Shown here piece by piece: positions 10,054 through 20,100 of a stretch of 64,000 nucleotides of DNA. A program made the position numbers and the translations under genes. A model generated the notes under the pieces. That model was not told the origin of the DNA. It searched no databases and saw only the letters and a program-made list of their open reading frames with translations. Location: positions 434,001 to 498,000 of the forward strand of contig CP060754.1 in assembly GCA_023205875.1 (NCBI GenBank), written 5' to 3'. How positions within the stretch are numbered: the first letter of the stretch is position 1; each line of letters starts with the position of its first letter. The DNA comes from Chloropicon primus (taxonomy: Eukaryota).

Positions 10054-13000
10054 CTATTGGTTTTGGAGCACCTTGATCTGGATCCTGACGCAGTCCTCGT
10101 TGTTGTTGTCGACGTCGTTGATGAAGACCAGGGTCTCGTACATGCCTGGCTTGAGGTCCAGCGCCCTGAAGGAGATGCCGACCACGCCAAGGGCGCCGGC
10201 CTCGAGCTCCAGGAGGCCAGGGTTAACCTTGACGAGCCAAGGGTGGGCAGGCTTGAAGCTGAAGGTCTTCCTCGTGGACCACGCATTCTCGTATGATATT
10301 TTGCTCTCGTGGACCGTTCCGGCGATCACCTGAAGTTCGTACGTTTTCGAGACTGGAGGGTCTTCCCCGCGAGCGGCCAGCAACACGGACTGGGCGAGCC
10401 TTCCAGTCTCCACGTTAACGATGTTCAGCATCGCGTGGAGCCTCCCGGCGATGAGCGGGCAGAACGACACCTGGACCTCAGAAAGCGAGTCGGATATGAG
10501 AGTGAACTCCTTCGGCACCACCTGGATCTCATCTGGGTGAGAGGTGAAGCACATGACCTTCTGGGACGTCGCCGTGCCCTTCACGACAAGGTTTGAGATG
10601 GTCGTCTGTCCCGTGAGTCCCGATACGTCGACCTTCCTGACGGTCGTTACGGAAAACTTCCAAACCTGCAGCAGTACGGACTGGAACTTGTCCGCGTAAA
10701 AGAAAGTCAAAAACTCTCTGCTCTCCGGGGCAGTCCCACTCTTGCTGCACTTGATAACCATCTCTTTGCCTTGGTCACTCTGCTCGACCTTCACGATGAC
10801 GTTCTCGTCATTCGCTCGTAGGCTCTGCACCTCGGTGCTCGCTGTACTGTTGTTGTTGACGGACCTGAGGAGCCCCGCCTCCAGCGGGATGCTGTGCTTG
10901 AGGATCGAGAATTCGGACGTGTGCAGATTCATGGTCTGATCCACGACGCAGGGGTGAACCTCGATCAAGATCTCGATCTGGGACTCGACCACACCCGTTC
11001 TCTCGCACACGAGGGAGACGTGAATCACCTTCTCCGTGGCCACCTGAATGGAATCCAGGGGACAGTACTTGAAGGGCACGTAGCACTCGTCAAAGGAGCC
11101 AAGGAAGAGGCGGTTGCCGTCAAGAATGTCGCGCTCCGGCGCCGAAGCAGATTCAACTCTCTTCATGGACCTCAGGTGAGACCACTCGTCCGCCCGCAGG
11201 ACGAGGTTGAGCTCCAGGTCGCTCACATCTATCCGGAAGGTCCTGTTGCCCCCCCTCGGATTCACAAACTTCTCCTCGAAGAAAAGTACTTCCCCAACCC
11301 TCGCCTTCAGCATCTTCTTCCCCACGAGCTTCTGCCGGAGCTTGGATTTGATTATGTTTTCCCTCTTCATTAACTTCACGTGACAAACGTCCTCGTGCAG
11401 CTTCTGCCTGATCTTGTACCCCAACTCGTAGTTATCAGATATGTTGTGCCCCATGTACCTTTCCTTTCTCTTGTACCTGCGTTTCTCGACCTCGATCAGC
11501 TGGTGAATCAAGGACCCGGAGCTCTCGTTGGGATTGATATTCAGCTCCTGCATCACCACCTCGGGCCTCTTCAGGAGCGAACGTTTGGTGTCATCAAGAC
11601 CGACAGAATCTTTGGTGTTGCCCTCCACATCCTTCTCAGATCCTACGTTGATCAGACGAAGTATCAAGTGGGTTTTTCCCCCGCTCAAAGCAGCCTCGTC
11701 CTCGAGCCCAGTGAGCTTGAGGCTCTCTCTCCTGCCCTGATCCCTGCTGCTGTCTTCGGGGTGCAGGTCCCCAACTTTGCGGATTTCCACCTCTTGCAGC
11801 TGCTCCACCACGTCTTTACCTTGCCTCAACAAGGGCACCAAGTCCACGCTGGCGAAGCCGTACTGGAACATCGACTTGGCATCCCAAACATTCAGCTGCA
11901 ATTTCTTGTTCAGCAGGTACTCGCAAAGTCTCTCTTTTCTCTCCGCGAGTCCGTCCGGGTCCTCCTTGTCAACCTTGAACTTCAGCGTCAGTCCCTCTGG
12001 GCTCGCAATGTTTCCCCTTGAGGCGTTCTTGAACATGTAGACATCACTCTCTCCGCTCCTCTCTAGTGCCACCTTGCACGTCGTTGATTCCTTGAAGTCG
12101 AAGAAGTTCAAGGTGAAGTACAGGGACTCGAGCTTGGAAGGATTCTCTGATTTGTAAGCGAGCAGCTGCAACACGATTTCGTTCACCATCTTGGGATCAC
12201 TCCTTTCCTTCTCCAGATCAGGCATCCCCTTGCCGTTCTCCTGCTTGGCTGGGAAAGGTCGGCCCTGCTGTCCTCCAGCGGATTTGTTTGAAATTTTCAC
12301 CTCCTGCAACTGCATCTTTGCCATAGTGGCTCTGGAGACCCCGAGGTCCTTCTTCACTGCCTTTGCGCTGGCCGGCCTCCCTGAGGAGGTCTTCTTCACG
12401 GCGACCACAACCCTCCTCGGCGGCTCTTCCTTTGGAGCGGGCGCAGGCACGGCAGGTTGGGACGGCAGAGGAGCTCTCACCGGTCGTGGCCGTGGGCGGC
12501 CCTCCTTCTGCGAGCCCTCTTTCGCTGCCGTGGGAATGGGGTGCAACTTCGGCTTTCGTTGTTGAGCTGTCTGCGGCGGTGGAAGCTTTGGCGGCTCCTC
12601 CCTTGGTGGTTCTGGTTTGATGTCCTTCTCCTTGGGAGGCTCTGGCTCCTCTTCTTTGCTTGCAGCAGTTTCAACTTGCGTCGAAGCCCTCTCTGGTTCA
12701 TCCGTCTTCACTGGCGCTGAGGCCTGCGCCGGCTCCGAAGTCCTCTCCACTACCTGAACCCTGTCCGTGGATCTAGCAGCCGCAGAGGAACTGATCGCTC
12801 GGTCAAGAGAAACTGCCTTTGGAGTTTCCAGCACCGCTGGAACGCGCGGCTTCCTTTGACCGGTTATCACTTGGCAGTACACTGTTGGACTGAACACGGG
12901 ATTCTGTGGGTCCTCAGCTATCGTTGCTCTCCAGTTCAGGAGCGGTGAATTGTTTGCGAGGCGCCCAGGTCCGCACTCGAGAGAGCAGTTGATCTGCTTC

Positions 13001-14115
13001 CCTTCGCCATCGTCTGAAAACATGGAGATTGGGAGCCAACCCAGATGCAACCTATCTGGAGACAGATCCACGTAGAGCTCGATGACAAGGGCGATGAACT
13101 CGTCCTCTGGAACGTCCTTTACGGTGATGTCGGTGTCAAGCTGCAGGTGGGTGTCCTGATAAAGTTTCATGAACTTCAGCTTCTCCCTGCAAGCTGTTCC
13201 ACCGATCTCTCTGCGTCCGTTGTGGGCTGCTACGTTGACGTAAAAGTTGTCCTTGAGCCAACTCGACCAGCCCTCGACGTCCTTCAAGAGCTCGGCCAGA
13301 ACGGACTCGATGTAGTTCTTAGGCAGGCTGAAGTGCATGTTTTTCACCTTGATGTCAACCGCTGGCGTTTTCTGGGGCGCGGCAACTGGCGTGGAGCCGT
13401 CGAACACCAGGAATGTCTCCTTCCCCTTGCCGTCGAAGCGGGAGCACCCTGGAATGATCTCCCTCGAATCCACGATGCATGAGTCCCGTACGAGCCTGCT
13501 GCACGCGCCGAGGAAGTTGTCGTTGTACCTGACCGAGAATATCGCCTTGCACTCTCCGAGCGACTTTCCCTTCGAAGTCCCCGCGAACAAGAGCACCCTC
13601 GGAGTTCCCTCGAGAAGGGGAATCTCGAACAGTTTCCCTTGGTTCGCCTCTGCCTCGGTGCCGTACAGCACGTTCAGTGGGATGGGCACCCATCCAATCG
13701 ACTCCTCGAGGGTCTCGACGCTTTTTTCCAACTCCACCTTAACGAGCTCCACCACCACCACGGTCTTCTCGAGGTTGTGCCTGGACCAGAAGTGCACCGT
13801 CTTGTCCGCGTTGCACTTCCAGGAGCCCTCCTCGTGGCCCGGCTGGACTCTCTCAGAGACCAGCGTGTTGCCGAAGAAGGCCTTCCCTTCCAAGTCGAAC
13901 ATCGTGAAGCAGAGCTTTAGACACGTCCCCTCGACCACGCTGGGGATGTTCTTGACGGTGGCCAACGTGAGCTCCCATCCCTTGTCCTCCTGCGTCAAGG
14001 ATGTCGCCCCGTTCCCCACCTTTCGCGGAAAGTAGATGGAGCTCTGCTTTCTCTGGAACTTCCTCCAGTCTTCCACCGTCCTCGAGGCGCAGAACACGCC
14101 GCTCGCCTCCTCCAT
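10054..14115 (-). CDS. NPHP4: Nephrocystin-4 (ciliary transition-zone protein)
   Basis: 1353 aa; N-terminal C2 domains (FFGNT, VVVELV, IGWVPIPL), Pro-rich linker, EIVLQLLAY C2 with LQLNVWDAKSMFQYGFASVDLVPLLRQGK, GEVLFFEEKFVNP and C-terminal ASH/MSP-like beta domains. Confidence 0.85.
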   Translation of the reverse strand: MEEASGVFCASRTVEDWRKFQRKQSSIYFPRKVGNGATSLTQEDKGWELTLATVKNIPSVVEGTCLKLCFTMFDLEGKAFFGNTLVSERVQPGHEEGSWKCNADKTVHFWSRHNLEKTVVVVELVKVELEKSVETLEESIGWVPIPLNVLYGTEAEANQGKLFEIPLLEGTPRVLLFAGTSKGKSLGECKAIFSVRYNDNFLGACSRLVRDSCIVDSREIIPGCSRFDGKGKETFLVFDGSTPVAAPQKTPAVDIKVKNMHFSLPKNYIESVLAELLKDVEGWSSWLKDNFYVNVAAHNGRREIGGTACREKLKFMKLYQDTHLQLDTDITVKDVPEDEFIALVIELYVDLSPDRLHLGWLPISMFSDDGEGKQINCSLECGPGRLANNSPLLNWRATIAEDPQNPVFSPTVYCQVITGQRKPRVPAVLETPKAVSLDRAISSSAAARSTDRVQVVERTSEPAQASAPVKTDEPERASTQVETAASKEEEPEPPKEKDIKPEPPREEPPKLPPPQTAQQRKPKLHPIPTAAKEGSQKEGRPRPRPVRAPLPSQPAVPAPAPKEEPPRRVVVAVKKTSSGRPASAKAVKKDLGVSRATMAKMQLQEVKISNKSAGGQQGRPFPAKQENGKGMPDLEKERSDPKMVNEIVLQLLAYKSENPSKLESLYFTLNFFDFKESTTCKVALERSGESDVYMFKNASRGNIASPEGLTLKFKVDKEDPDGLAERKERLCEYLLNKKLQLNVWDAKSMFQYGFASVDLVPLLRQGKDVVEQLQEVEIRKVGDLHPEDSSRDQGRRESLKLTGLEDEAALSGGKTHLILRLINVGSEKDVEGNTKDSVGLDDTKRSLLKRPEVVMQELNINPNESSGSLIHQLIEVEKRRYKRKERYMGHNISDNYELGYKIRQKLHEDVCHVKLMKRENIIKSKLRQKLVGKKMLKARVGEVLFFEEKFVNPRGGNRTFRIDVSDLELNLVLRADEWSHLRSMKRVESASAPERDILDGNRLFLGSFDECYVPFKYCPLDSIQVATEKVIHVSLVCERTGVVESQIEILIEVHPCVVDQTMNLHTSEFSILKHSIPLEAGLLRSVNNNSTASTEVQSLRANDENVIVKVEQSDQGKEMVIKCSKSGTAPESREFLTFFYADKFQSVLLQVWKFSVTTVRKVDVSGLTGQTTISNLVVKGTATSQKVMCFTSHPDEIQVVPKEFTLISDSLSEVQVSFCPLIAGRLHAMLNIVNVETGRLAQSVLLAARGEDPPVSKTYELQVIAGTVHESKISYENAWSTRKTFSFKPAHPWLVKVNPGLLELEAGALGVVGISFRALDLKPGMYETLVFINDVDNNNEDCVRIQIKVLQNQ

Positions 14116-14568
14116 CGTTTGCCTTCCTTCTCCCGTGTGTCACTCACTAAGAAGTCTCTCCCGCCTTCGTGCTCTCCTCCTGTCTGCCAGGGCCCTGCAC
14201 GATATGTTCTCTCTCGTGTTCCTCGTCAAAACTCGGCAGCAAGTTTACTCCAAGATTCGATCTTGGGTACCATACCTGCGACGTCGTCCACGTCCCACGC
14301 TTCCTGTGCGTTCTCCTTCCCCTCCCAACCCAGCCTTGCAAAGGACTCCCCTTCCCTTCCCTTTCCCCTCCACCAAACCCGACCAACAATTTGAATCCCA
14401 GGCCCGACAGACAAGCTTCCTCTTCCTTTTTTCACACCCATTCCTAGACTCGTCCTCGAGATCCGTCCAGACCACAGCACTGTGCATTCTCATTCTTGTT
14501 CTCCTTCCCTCGAGGGAAAGGGAAAGGGAAAGAGTGTAGAGGAGGAATCCCAAGCCAAAGGGGACAAG

Positions 14569-15570
14569 ATGGCAGGGCGAGGGGAAGGGAGCTTAGGCTT
14601 AGGGCATGGTGGCAGGGCGGAAGGGGGAGGGGGGGTCAAGATGGGTCTGCATACGCCCAAGATACGAGTCAAGTACGGGGACTTGTCGCTCTTGAGGGAG
14701 ACGGGGGAATATCTTCCTCCACCTGCTTTGGCAACTTATACGGCGTCCTTGACGAGGCGGATTGTGCCCTCGCCGCCTCGTGGACGCCTTCGACTTGATG
14801 ACAACGGCGACGTTCCCTCGAGGAAGTCTTCTCATCGCGATGAAATGGGTAACCGTGTGGGGACGTCAGGTGCATCGACGTTGGACAACAGTGGCTTGGG
14901 GAAAAGCAAAACCCGAAGCGGTGCATCCAGGAGCTTGTTCGAAGAAGACCGTGAACTGTTCTCGGTGGCGGGCGAGGTCAGAGAGGAAGGGACGTCGAGC
15001 GAAAGGATCCAGCGAAAGGAGGGGAAACTGGGTGTTGGAGACGAGAGCGCTCGGACGGATGCGGTGGGGGGTCTCGAGAGCAAGAAAACGGAGTGGAACG
15101 GTGGTGGGCGCGCTTACGACAGGAGCTGCTCCCCCGTCGAACGAGGACCATCCGAGAGGGAAGGGGAAGGCGGCGAAGTCGTTGAGGGAGGTGCCTCGGA
15201 TCAATCACCCGCCGCCGAAGCCGGGTCTGATCAAACGCAAGCGCAAACGCAAACGAGGGGACCGTTTGGAGGTTTCGCTAGGTCAAGGAGAGACTGGTTC
15301 GATGAATCGGGATACAGCGGGTGCTTGGATCGACTGGAGGAACTCGAGGAGATCGTCGAGGCTCAGTTCAAGGACCTCTCCACAAAGGGGTACGCCGTGC
15401 CGCCCGTAGGGTCCACGACTCTGGACGGGGAGACCTTGAGCCTCAGACGCGGCTCACCACTCAAGTTGGAAACACTGGAGAAGCTAGAAAAAACTGTGGA
15501 GAAGCAACACAAAGATTTGATCCAGAAGGGCGTCCTTCCGGGCGACTCCCTCCGCATCTTCACCTCCTAA
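14569..15570 (+). CDS. Hypothetical protein, disordered, with two C-terminal ~23-aa helical repeats
   Basis: Long ORF; LDRLEELEEIVEAQFKDLSTKGY and LETLEKLEKTVEKQHKDLIQKGV. Confidence 0.55.
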   Translation: MAGRGEGSLGLGHGGRAEGGGGVKMGLHTPKIRVKYGDLSLLRETGEYLPPPALATYTASLTRRIVPSPPRGRLRLDDNGDVPSRKSSHRDEMGNRVGTSGASTLDNSGLGKSKTRSGASRSLFEEDRELFSVAGEVREEGTSSERIQRKEGKLGVGDESARTDAVGGLESKKTEWNGGGRAYDRSCSPVERGPSEREGEGGEVVEGGASDQSPAAEAGSDQTQAQTQTRGPFGGFARSRRDWFDESGYSGCLDRLEELEEIVEAQFKDLSTKGYAVPPVGSTTLDGETLSLRRGSPLKLETLEKLEKTVEKQHKDLIQKGVLPGDSLRIFTS

Positions 15571-15718
15571 CTTGCGTTTCCAGCTTGTAATTCACAGATC
15601 ACAAGTCTCCCCCCCTCACCGTCTGACCTCTCCCCACCGCCAGATCTGCAGCCAGCCAAAGCAAGGGGAATTGTCGAGCAGCCAAGGAGCAGCCAAGAAC
15701 AGAACGAACCCTGCAAGG

Positions 15719-17092
15719 ATGACGGCAACCGAAGTGGACAAGGGGACGACGGAGGAGAGGGCTGCGGAGGCAGCGGGACCAACACCGGCGGTTGAGGCGA
15801 CAAAGCCCGAGGCGACCGAGGCAGGAGCCGCTGCGACGGAAGCGGGAGCAGGGGCAGCGACGGAGCCCGTGGAGAAGGAAAAGGGGAAGAAGGAGGGTGC
15901 GATGCCTGCGGAGAAGCCAAGTCAAGACGGTGAGGTCGTCCTCGACGAGAACACCTCGCTTTATATCAGAAGGCAGGTGGAGTTTTACTTCAGCGATAGC
16001 AACCTGCCCAAGGACACCTTCCTGAGGGGGAAGGTGGAGGAGGACGAGGAGAAGAAGGTCGAGATCGCGGTTCTCGCCAGCTTCTCCAAGTTGCGGGCAA
16101 TTTACAAGAAGTTCTTCAGGGTGAGCCTGCCTGAAGCCAAGCCCGGGTCGCAGGGGAAGTACGAGGTTCCAGAGAAGATTCGTAAAGCTTTGACGGAGGC
16201 GTTGAGGTCATCTGAGTTCCTCGAATTGAGCGCGAACGGCACGAAGGTTGGCAGGAAGGACCGACTGGCCAAGGAGGACTACGCGAAGGTGTTGCGGGAA
16301 GTTGACCGAAGGACCCTTCACGTGAGTCCGATCTCATCCAGGGCAACCATAGGGACGATCAGAAAATTCTTTTCTTCCGAGAAGTTGGGTGGTCATGACA
16401 TCCTGAGTGTGAGACTTGACCCGTCTGAAGTGAAGAAAGCACACAGCAGGTTTGCTTACGTCGAGTTCAAGACACACGAGAAAGCACAAGAGTTTGCCAA
16501 GGAGCACAACGGCAAGGCAGAGATGGATGGAGCAAAATTATCGCTCGCACTCAAGGAGGATCACGTCAGGGAAGTGAAAGAAAGGAATGACGGGTTTGTG
16601 AGAGCAGAGAGTAAAGGATTGCTTGCCAAGCTCGTCTTCAAGGAGGAAGTCGGCACGTTGGACTACAGAGACATAGAAGAAGCTTTCCATTCCGCGACCA
16701 AGGGAACCCACAGAGACTACGTGGAGAAGACTGTTGCGAAAGATGTTCGCGAGGACACCGGAAGCAAGAGAGTATACTATGTGATGTTGAAGAAAAGGGA
16801 TGAGGCAACTGAAACCTTTCTCCAGTCCTTTGAGGATACTGCTCCTTTGAAGATCAAGGTCAAGTCGAGGGAAACAGATGTCGAAGCAACATTGCAATTC
16901 GTAAGCAAGAGCAAGGAAGAAGTTACAGAGGAGGAGATGAACTTTTGGATCTCCAACCACTTTTTCCTTGAGAACAGGAGGAAGAGGAAGGACAGAGACT
17001 TTTCTGCAGGAGGTCGTGGAGGAAGGTCCGTAAGAGGTCGTGGAAGAGGAAGAGGCGGTGGTAGGGGCCGTGGTGGAAGAGGAAGAAGGTAG
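15719..17092 (+). CDS. La/LARP RNA-binding protein (La motif + RRM + RGG tail)
   Basis: IRRQVEFYFSDSNLPKDTFL La motif; FAYVEFK RNP1; C-terminal RG/RGG repeats. Confidence 0.85.
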   Translation: MTATEVDKGTTEERAAEAAGPTPAVEATKPEATEAGAAATEAGAGAATEPVEKEKGKKEGAMPAEKPSQDGEVVLDENTSLYIRRQVEFYFSDSNLPKDTFLRGKVEEDEEKKVEIAVLASFSKLRAIYKKFFRVSLPEAKPGSQGKYEVPEKIRKALTEALRSSEFLELSANGTKVGRKDRLAKEDYAKVLREVDRRTLHVSPISSRATIGTIRKFFSSEKLGGHDILSVRLDPSEVKKAHSRFAYVEFKTHEKAQEFAKEHNGKAEMDGAKLSLALKEDHVREVKERNDGFVRAESKGLLAKLVFKEEVGTLDYRDIEEAFHSATKGTHRDYVEKTVAKDVREDTGSKRVYYVMLKKRDEATETFLQSFEDTAPLKIKVKSRETDVEATLQFVSKSKEEVTEEEMNFWISNHFFLENRRKRKDRDFSAGGRGGRSVRGRGRGRGGGRGRGGRGRR

Positions 17093-17196
17093 TCCAAGCA
17101 AACACAGCAGAACATCGGCGCAGGAGTGGATTCGATATTAGTCGATTCTTGAATAACTAAAGTTAAAAGGACGTAAGAGCACTTAGAGATCTAAGT

Positions 17197-20100
17197 TTAC
17201 CAGAATGGCATTGCTTGGTTTCCGTCGCTGGTCTTCTGATTTCCAGAACAAATTATTCTCGCACTGTTGAACAAGGAGAAGAGCAAATTCCACAATGCAA
17301 AGAGGCACAAAGCCTTCACAGAGAACGCAAAATAAGTGTGTGATATTCCCTGCAAGTCCGGATAACTCACCACAGAGAAGGGTAAAAATATCATCAGCTG
17401 AAGTACGAACGCCAGAGTCTGATTGAAAGTAGCCAAAACAATTTTCGTAGCTGCTGATCTGATGTTGTGATTGGCATACATAATCTGCTCAGAAGTGATC
17501 GCAACAAAGTTCAGAAAGCCCCAAAGGTACCACTGGGCATAAAAGCCATGGATGAATGAGGAAAATGCAAGTACCAGCAGCACCCCCTCCACGTTACCAC
17601 GGGCAAAGGAGTATATGTACCTTAGGAAAAAGTCACGCCAGGAGACGTGGAAGCTGTTCCAATGCTGTCTTACGGAGAGACTGCTCCTGAGATGACTAAC
17701 TGGTGTATCGTTTGGGGCATGCACACCATCCATCAAAGCAAGGGCCCTGGCTGATCCAAAGATAACGTGACTATGAAGAAAAACAAACATCAAGAACATC
17801 TGTCCGTACACAAAATATTCAGACCCTTGAAGATTCACAGGCTCTACAAGCATGGAAGGATTGTGAATCTTGAGGAAGAATATTGTTGGCATGTAGAAGG
17901 TCTGTAGAGCAACAAGGAGGGCAAGTACTGTTGCAAGCATCCCAATAAGTTGGTGAAGCCCGACAGATACACGGCCATACATCAAAGAGGCACGCTGAAC
18001 CACCTGGCTCATCACAGAACGCTCGGCCATCTTGTCCGCGTTACGCATGGTCGGCACATGGTTCACCTTCAAACTGGCAGCAGGACTGGCCCTGAAATGG
18101 CGGTACTGCATACAAGGACCGTGCATGTATAAGGGAGCGTATAACATGTAAGCCCAGTACTGCAAAGATGACTGTTTTTCTTCTCGTGGTCTGCTCTTTC
18201 TTCCTTTCCTCTCTCTGCTCACTTCGTCGAGTACATCCAAGCTGTAACTCAACTGTCGAAGAACCAGATATCTAAATGTCTTCAAAGGGCTGAAGGGGAC
18301 ACTCTGCTTACGACACCATCCATGAACTAACCACATAGGCCAACCTGAGGTACGCTGCGGTAAAATGTCGAAGTAATTATTCGCTGCAATGAGGAGTAGA
18401 TTTGTGCCCCATATCACCCACCTGCACCTTGACGCAGGGTGCTTCCTCTCTACCGCGGCACATACCATTCTGCACACCACGAGATTGACAAAAGCACTCA
18501 GAAAGGACCAGAACGCTGAGATTCCGTGCATTGAAAGGACTTGAAACAGAGAAACTCCTATTGTGACTGCAGCGGGACTCCAGCGTCTGGTAATCCAAGG
18601 TATGCGCCGGGCGAAAACCAGGAGCAATGTAGAAAACAATTCCATCGGTAGGAATTCAAAAGCCCAAACCAAGAAGAGATGGTGAAAGGGGTCAAGCTTT
18701 CTACCAAAGAAGCCATTCTCCAGATGCCTCATACCTGCCTTTAACGCAAATATGGAAAATTTTGAATCGCTGCCATTTTCAATTCCAACACGAATTGAAT
18801 TCTTGTCAAAGAGGTGAGCAGGCTCCTGCTTCCACAGAGACAGTGTGGTCCCATCCACAATCCTAGTGACACTCATCACAAGAAGGACAGCCACCAGAAA
18901 GTACATTACCATGCACAAAGATGGGACGTCCTTCATAATGGACTTCTGAGTCATCCGCCTCTTGAGTCCTGCTGCTGGCTTAGGTGCTTCACTTTTTGAT
19001 TCCATATTCACAATACGATCAGTGCTCAAACTCCAAGCTTCATGATTTGGCAAATCGCTGCGTTCACCTTGCCTTTTCGCTACATGAATCACGAGTTTTA
19101 CTCTGAACTTACTCACCAGCAGATAGCAATGGCAACTTTTGCATGGCTTCTTGGTAGCACTCTGGCGAGCAGAATCTTTCACGCAATCATCTTGGATGCA
19201 CAGGATATCTTTTGTGATGCAGTAAGCAACACCGTCCAGGGTACCGTGATCCAGCAGAACGGATGGAGGAAGGTCACAGCCAAACAAGTCCTCAAGGCTG
19301 TTGTGCAAAGCAACCATCAGAGAAGAGTCCATGCCACTATCCATGAGGTTGTCGCGAACGCTCACCTCAAGGCCCATTGCCCGCACTGTGACCAAGAGAT
19401 TATCAAGAATCTGAATCTTGGCATCAGAAAAACCCAAAGAGGGCAAAGCATCCAGATTGAGATTCTTCCCTTGAAGAGAATCAACAGGCATGGTGAATGT
19501 CGTCGACTGCACCACATCCAGGTTGTTGTCCAGATACTTCTTACGGCACTCTGACCTCCTCACTTTCCCACTTGTCGTTTTTGGAATAGTCCTTGGCTTG
19601 ATGAGTTGCAGAGAGTGGAGACTCATGTTGTGCTTCCTCGTGGAGCTCAGGACTTGGTTGGTGATCTCCCTGATTTCCTCATCGCTCAAGTCACCAGATC
19701 GAACCTCGGCAACAGCGCACATCACATCCTCCTCCGTCTGAAAGGCAGCGACGCAACCTGTGCGCACCATCCTGTGACTCTGAGATATCACAAACTCAAC
19801 ATCATCTGGAATGATATTTCTGCCGTGGACCACAATCAGATCCTTCATGCGACTCACAAAGTACAATTCATTCTGCCAAACAAAACCGAGATCACCCGTG
19901 CGAAGGTACTCCTTCCTTTCCGCGGCGGTGTTTTGCTTCTCACCCTTGATTCTTGCGTGGAACGTGTGCCACGTTTCCTCCTCTTTGTTCCAATACCCTC
20001 CTGTTTTCGACGGGCTGGAGATCCAGATCTCACCAATACACCCCGAGGCCACCCTGGTGCAGTCAGAGGGATCGACGATGCTCACATCAATGTCGCAATC

